In this document: piece by piece, positions 56,776 through 64,000 of the stretch
How positions within the stretch are numbered: the stretch's first letter is position 1
How the letters are laid out: every line of letters starts with the position of its first letter
Assembly: GCF_009914755.1 (NCBI RefSeq)
Contig: NC_060929.1
Length of the DNA stretch: 64,000 nt
Origin: the human T2T-CHM13v2.0 reference genome, Homo sapiens
Direction: 5' to 3' (one strand)
Program-made: the position numbers and the translations under genes
Notes under the pieces: model-generated
Database searches by the model: none
What the model was told of the DNA's origin: nothing
The model's input: the letters and a program-made list of their open reading frames with translations, nothing else

Positions 56776-57063
56776 TTTTTTCCTTCACTTTCCTTGGCTT
56801 AGTTATACCATACTCGCCCCCAACCCCACCCTCTTAGTCATTCTCAGTGTTCTTTGCAAGATATCTTTCTTGTCTGTCCCTTAAATATTGGTGACCGTCA
56901 GGCCTACCAGGCCTTGGTCCTCTTCTCGTTTCATTCTACATGCAGCTCCTGGTGTATAGTCTGTGATGGTGAGATCCCTGTCTTTAGCTTCATATTGATA
57001 ATTTTAAATACCTCTTGGATTGTTCCACTTGAAGTTGCTACAAATAATCAATTTTAAAATGTT

Positions 57064-57345
57064 CTGCACGCCTGTAATCCCAGCACTTTGGGAGGCTGAG
57101 GCGGGTGGATTGCTTGAGGTCAGGAGTTCTAGGCCAGCCTGGCCAACATGATGAAACCTGTTTCTACTAAAAATACAAAAAATTAGCCAGGTGTGGTGGT
57201 GGGTGCCTATGATCTCAGCTACTCGGGAGGTTGAGGCAGGATAATTGCTTGAACCTAGGAGGCAGAGGTTGCAGTGAGCCAAGATTGTCTCGCTGCACTC
57301 CATCCTGGGCGACAGAGCAAGACTTCGTCTCAAAAATAATATAAG
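57064..57345 (+). mobile_element. Alu (slightly 5'-truncated)
   Basis: Alu consensus; TSD AAAATGTTCT / AAAGTGTTCT. Confidence 0.93.
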
Positions 57346-58982
57346 TAAAATAAAGTGTTCTATACTCAGTCAACTCCCCTACCTTGGTGCACCTTCCAAC
57401 CCACACCCCAATTTGTTTTGTTCGTCCTCCTGTGTTCATTATCTCTGTGAATGGTTCCATTATCCAGCTGGTTTTTTTTAAGCCAAAGATTTGGAAATAT
57501 CCTTAACACCTAATCCTCCCACATTTTTCTTATACAATCAATCAAGCCCTGTAGATTCTGTCTCCTGAGTAATTTTAATATATTTCCACTTGTCTTTTCA
57601 GTAGTGCAGTTACTCTGTTGAAATAGCCTTTTAACCTCTGTCCCTGTATTTAATCATACTTGTCTTCAACTTAAACAATATTGCCAGAGGGAATCATTTT
57701 AAAAGGCAGATTAGGATAAGGTATGAATTCTTCCCAATGCATTTTACTGTACTTTTCTAGTCTCTCATCACTTTTCCTCCTCTCTGTAATAGCTGCCTCC
57801 CTAAACTGTAGCTATATCTAACGTCTTTCCATTTACACAGTAAGAAACGCTTTCTTATTTTCAAGCCATTTCACAAGCTCTTCAGGAAACTTTTCAATTA
57901 CCCCTCCCTAGGCAAAAAAGATGTAAATCTGGCTAACTCATCCCTAAAGGCTTGGTTTTGATGTCCCTAGTCAGACTAGATGATCTTCCTATTTGTAGCC
58001 TATCTTATAATTCCTTTTTCAGATGTTACCCACTAGAATTGTACTACCTCTAGGGACAGTGACTTCATATTGCATTCCAAACAGCTGGCAAGGTAGGGCC
58101 TAGTAAATACATGAGGACAAATGGGACAAAGAAAACCTGTGCTGGAGTCAGAAGAGCTCCAAGGACTAAGCTGTCTGTTCTGGGCAAGGCAAAGAAGACA
58201 GCTGCGTTTGGGCTGCCTCCCCTTCTTCACTCCCAGCTTAAAATCCTCAAAAAGTCAAATCCAGATGACTTCTTGGAAGGCCTTAGGGTAAGAAAGTGTC
58301 ATTTCAGCTTTCTATTCACTCCCCACAGAAATAGCACTCTTCCTTGATTCATTTAACTAACATTTATTGATGCCATATGTGTGCGAGGCATTGTTTATTG
58401 GTAGCTAAAATCTTTACCTGAGTCAGAACCTTTTTAAAATAAAACATATTTTAATGTGTAAAAACTGCTTGAGAACATACTTTGACTCAAACATCTTCAC
58501 ACTTAAGTCAATTAACAGGTATATATAGTTGGCTTCTGGTTAAGTTTTGTTTTTATAGGAGGAATAAGAACTCCTAAGTGTTGGATGCAAGAAGTGTAGA
58601 TGAGAAGTTAATGTGAAGAAGATATAGAGCCGCAGAAACAAAGATTGAAGACCAACTTAGACTTTACCAATTTTAACCAGAGGTACCCTTGCTTAACCTT
58701 TTCGTTTTAACTAATGGGGACAAATTGAGACTGTGCATGGAGAATTTTGTTCTTACGTGTATTTGAAGGTAGTTTTTGGCCATAAGTTATAAAGGTTTTA
58801 AGAAAAGAGTTCCTTTGGAAATAAAAATTGAGTTTTTACTGCATTTGGGGTCCTGCTATCTAAAAATATGAGAAAGAATTACGAATAAACATGATTCTTG
58901 CCCTTCAGGAGCCTGATTTTATTGTTGTCTGAATTGATTGCTGACTGTCATAACTATTTCCCAGAGGAAGTTTTCTTAAGGT

Positions 58983-59045
<63 letters not shown>

Positions 59046-59558
59046 ATATACATGTTCTTAGAATGTTTTATAAAATCAATTTTTATTTTATTTATTTTTA
59101 ATTTTTTTTAGAGACAGAGTCTTACAGTGTTTCCCAGGCTGCAGTGTAGTGGCGCAGTCGTAACTCACTGCAGCCTCAAACTCTTGAGTTTAAACAGTCA
59201 TGCTACCTCAGCCTCTTGAGTAGCTGGGACTACAGACATGTGCCACCATGCCTGGCTTATTTTATTTTTTTAGAGACAGGGTCTCACTCTGTTGCCCAGG
59301 TTGGAGTGCAATAGTGTGAACTCAGCTCACTGTAGCTTCAACTTCCTTGGCTCAAGTAGATCCTCCCACCGCAGTGTCCCAAGTAGCTGGGACGACAGGC
59401 ATGTCCCACCATGCCTGGCTAATTTTTAAAATTTTTTGTAGAGTGGGGTCTCACTGTATTACCCAGACTGGTCGTGAACTCCTGGGCTCAAGCAATCCTC
59501 CCACATTGGCCTCCCAGAGTGCTGGGATTATTTATAGATGTGAGCTGCCATGCCTGGC
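58983..59558. repeat. (TA)n(CA)n microsatellite followed by an AluJ arm and an AluJ (-)
   Basis: Direct reading. Confidence 0.88.
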
Positions 59559-61735
59559 CTTATTTTATTTTTTAATTGATGCCTAATAGATGTACATGCT
59601 TTCAAAGTAAATGTGATAATTTAATACATTCATATAATTTGTGAAGATTAAATCACTGTACTTGGCATATCCAGCACCTTAAATATTTGTGTTTATGCTA
59701 GAACTATTTGAATTCGTCTAGCTGTTTTGAAATATACAATAGATTATTGTAAACTACATTTACAGTAGTGATCTGTCCAACACTAGGTCTTATGACTTCC
59801 ATCAAACCGTTTATTAGTTCCAATTATTCAACTTCTCTTCATCGTCTCCCCCAACCTCCTTAGCCCTCTGGTAACCATCAGTCTGCTCTTTATGAGATCC
59901 ACTTTTGTAGCTCCCACATATGAATGAGAACATGTGATATATTTGTCTTTCTGAGCTTGGCTTATGTCACTTAGAATGACCTCCAGTTCCATCCTTTTTA
60001 TTGTTTGTTTGTTTGTTTTGTCAGAGTCTCAAAAAGGCTGGAATGCAGTGGCATGATCTTGGCTCACTGCAACCTCTGCTTCCCAGGTTCAGGCGATTGT
60101 TGTGCCTCAGCCTCCCCAGTAGCTGTGATTACAGGCATGTGTCACCATGCCTGGCTAATTTTGTATATACACACATATATATTTTTTAGTAGAGATGGGT
60201 TTCGCCATGTTGACCAGGCTGGTCTCAAACTCCTGGCCTCAAGTGATCTGCCCACCTTGACTTCCCAAAGTGTAGTTCCATCCTTGTTGCTGCAAATGGC
60301 AGGATTTCATTCTTTTTAATGGCTGAATAATATTTCATTGTGTACATATACTACATTTTTTTCATCCACTGATGGGCACTCAGGTTGATTTTATTATCTT
60401 GGGTACTGTGAATAGTGCTGCAAAAACATGGGCACATAGATGTCTTTTTGATGTACTGAATTTCATTCTTTTGCATATATACCCAGTAATGGAATTGCTG
60501 GATCATACGGTTGTTCAGTTATTAGGTTTTTGGATTTTTTGAGATAGAGTCTTGCTCTGTTGCCCAGGCTGGAGTGCAGTGACACAACCTTGGCTCACTG
60601 CAACCTCTGCTTCCTAGGTTCAAGCGATTCTCCTGCCTCTGCCTCGGAGTAGCTGGGATTACAGGTGTGTGCCACCACGCCTGGCTAATTTTTGTGTTTT
60701 TAGTAGAGATGGGGTTTTATGTGAGACAGGCTGGTCTCAAACTCCTGGCCTCAGGTGATCCGCCTGCCTTGGCCTCCCAAAATGCTGGCATTACAGCCCT
60801 GAGCCACCGTGCCTGACCAGTTTTTAGGTTTTTGAGAACCTGCATACAGTTATCTGTAGTGGTTTTACTAATTTACATTCCCACCAACACAGTACCAGGG
60901 TTCTCCTTTCTCTGCATTTTTGAGAACATCTGCTATTTCCAGTCTTCTTGTTAAAAGCCATTTTAACTGGGGTGAGATGATATATGTTTATAGTTTTTAT
61001 TTGCATTTTCCTGATGATTTGTGATGTTGAACATTTTTTCATATACCTGTTGGCCATTTGTATGTCTTCTTTTTAGAAATGTCTGTTCATGTATTCCCCC
61101 CCTCACCCCTTTTTTTTTTAAGACGGAGTCTTGTGCTGTTGCCCAGGCTGGAGTGTGGTGGCTCATTCTTGGCTCCCTGCAACCTCTGCCTCCTGGGTTG
61201 AAGCAATTCTCCTGCCTCAACCTCCAGGTAGCTGGGATTACAGGTGCACACCATCATGCCCGGCTAATTTTTGTATTTATAGTAGAGACGGGGTTTTGCC
61301 ATTTTGGCCAGGCTGGTCTCGAACTCCTGACCTCAAGTGATTCACCTGCCTCAGCCTCCCAAAATGTTGGGATTTCAGGCGTGAGCCACTGTGCCTGACC
61401 TTTTCCCCAAAAGCGTTCTTTTTGCTTAAAATTGTTTTGGCTATTTGGGGTGTTTGTGGCTCCACCTAAATTTTAGGGTCATTTTTTTCTATTTCTTTGA
61501 AGAATGTAATCTGTATCAGAATACCAAAAATACTCTTCACAGAAATGGAAAAAACGATCCTTGGCTGGGTGCTGTGGCTCATGCTTGTAATCCTAGCACT
61601 TTGGGAGGCTGAGGCGGGTGGATCATCTGAGGCTGTGAGTTCGAGACCAGCATGTGACCAACATGGAAAAACCCCATCTCTACTAAAAATACAAAATTAG
61701 CCCGGCGTGGTGGCACATGCCTGTAATTCCGGCTA

Positions 61736-61843
<108 letters not shown>

Positions 61844-62978
61844 TCAAAAAAAAAAAAAAAAAGATCCTAAAATTGTCTTCTGTGTGGTCATTTTAACAAT
61901 ATTAATTCTTCCAATCCATGAGCATGGAATATCTTTCCATTTTTTGTGTGTCTGCATCAATTTCTTTCATCAGAGTTTTATAGTTTTCCTTGTACAAATC
62001 TTTCACTTCTTTGGTTAAATTAATTCCAGCTGGTCACAGGGGCTCACTCCTGTAATCTCATCACTTTGGGAGGCTGAGGAGGGCAGATCACATGAGGCCA
62101 AGAGTTCAAGATCACCCTAGCCAGCATGGTGAAACCCCGTCTCTATTAAAAATACAAAAAAATTAGCCAGGCATGGTGGTGTGCACCTGTAGTCCTAGCT
62201 ACTCGTGAGACTGAGGCGTGAGAATCGCTTGAACCCGGGAGGCAGAGGCTGCAGTGAACCAAGATTGGTGCCACTGCACTCCAGCCTGGGCAACAGAGTG
62301 AGACTTTGTCTCAAAAATAAATAAATAAATAAATAAATAAATATAATAATAATAATTAATTCTGGATTTTTTCTGTTCTTCGTAGCTATTGTAATGGGAT
62401 TGCTTTCTGATTTCTTTGTAAGATTGCTCGCCATTGGTGAGCATACAATGGTGTATGCTATTCTATACACCATTGATGTATAGAAATGCTGCTGATTTTT
62501 GTATGTTGATTTTGCATCCTGGAATTTTACTGAATTTGTTCATCCGTTCTAACAGGTTTTTTTGGTGCAATCTTAAGGCTGTTCTGAGTATACAATCATA
62601 TCATTTGTGAACAAGGCTAATTTGACTTCTTCCTTTCCAATTTGGTTACCCTTTATTTTTTTCTCTTGCTTAACTGCTCTGGCCAGGACTTCTAGTACTA
62701 TACTGAATAAAAGTGGTGAAAGTCGGCATTCTTGTTCCATATCTTAGAGGAAAAATCTTCAGTTTTTCCCTATTTAGAATGACGTTAGCTATGGGTTTTT
62801 CATAAATAATCTTTATTATTGTGAGGAATGTTCCTCCTATGCCCAGTTTGTTGAGGGTTTTTATCATAAAGGGATGTTGAATTTTATCAAATGCTTTTCC
62901 AGGATCTATTGAAACTATCATATGGTTTTTGTTCTTGGTTCTGTTAAGGTGATATATCACGTTTATTGATTTACATAT

Positions 62979-63335
62979 TGTATTAGTCTCTTCATGCTGC
63001 TGATAAAGACATACCCAAGACTGAGCAAGTTACAAAAGAGGTTTATTGGACTTAGAGTTCCATATGACTGGGGAGGCCTCACAATCATGGCTGAAGGTGA
63101 AAGGCACATCTCACATGGCAATGGCAAGAGAGAGAATGAGAGCCAAGCAAAATGGGTTTCCCCTTATGAAACCATCAGATCTCGTGAGACTTATTCACTA
63201 CCGTGAAAACAGTATGGGGTAAACCGCCCCCATGATTCAATTATCTCCCACCTGGTCCCTTCCACAACACATGGAAATTATGGGAGTACCATTCAAGATG
63301 AGATTTGGGTGGGGACACAGAGCCAAACCATATCA
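62979..63335 (-). mobile_element. THE1-family MaLR solo LTR
   Basis: TGTATTAGTC...GGGGACACAGAGCCAAACCATATCA with 5-bp TSD CATAT at 62974 and 63336. Confidence 0.9.
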
Positions 63336-63570
63336 CATATGTTGAACCATCCTTGGGTCCCTGGGATGAATGCCACTTTATCATGGTGAATGATCTTTTA
63401 ATGTGTTGTTCAATTTGGTTTGCAGGTATTTTATTGAGAATTTTTGTATCTGTCTTCATGTGTGATATGGGCTTGTAGTTTTTTGTTGTTGTTGTTGCTT
63501 TGTCTGGTTTTGGTGTCAGGATAATGCTGGTCTCATAGGATGAGTTTGGAAGTCTTCCTTTCTCTTCAGT

Positions 63571-63880
63571 TTTTTTGAAGAGTTTGAGTAGAATTGGTGT
63601 TAGTTCTTCTTTAAATGTTTGATAGAATTCAGCAGTGAAACCATCAGGTCCTGAGCTTTTCTTTGATAAAATACTTTTTATTATGGCTTCCATCTCATTA
63701 CTCATTATTGATTTGTTGAGGTTTTGAATTTTTTTTGAAGAGTTTGAGTAGAGTTGGTATTAGTTCTTTAAATGTTTGATAGAATTCAGCAGTGAAGCCA
63801 TAGGTCCTGAGCTTTTCTTTGATAAGATACTTTTTATTATGGCTTCCATCTCATTACTCATTATTGATTTGGTGAGGTTT
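63571..63880. repeat. Imperfect tandem duplication of about 160 bp within L1
   Basis: TTTTTTGAAGAGTTTGAGTAG at 63571 and 63731. Confidence 0.85.
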
Positions 63881-64000
63881 TCTATTTCCTTATGGTTCAA
63901 TCTTGGTAGGTTGTATGTGTCCAGGAATTTATCCACTCACTTCTGGATTTTATTGAATTTGCTGGTATATGGTTGTTCATAAGGATTCTTTTTAGTTCTT

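Overview
Primate (human-like) genomic DNA, dense in repeats and poor in genes. The only supportable protein-coding sequence is the first coding exon of DMXL1 (ATG 48555, MNLHQVLTGAVNPGDHCFSVGSIGDQRFT, donor at 48642). It sits in a CpG-island promoter with BANP-type, ZNF143-type, CCAAT and GC-box motifs that looks bidirectional. About 47 kb of upstream sequence and about 15 kb of intron 1 consist of more than 60 Alu/FLAM copies, decayed L1/L2/MIR, ERV1/MaLR solo LTRs, DNA-transposon MITEs and retrocopies of U3 and U13 snoRNA. Nearly all other ORFs in the track are Alu, L1 or chance ORFs. The most interesting observations are: (1) a TSD-flanked retrocopy of a THE1-LTR-initiated, spliced, polyadenylated RNA; (2) a minisatellite built from the 5' end of a truncated U3 snoRNA retrocopy; (3) a candidate DMXL1 5'-UTR intron holding all three upstream ATGs, all in the DMXL1 frame; (4) several fold-back scars and recent tandem duplications. 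I found no prokaryote-type system and no new protein family. Repeat-family names come from recalled consensus sequences, and repeat boundaries are approximate.
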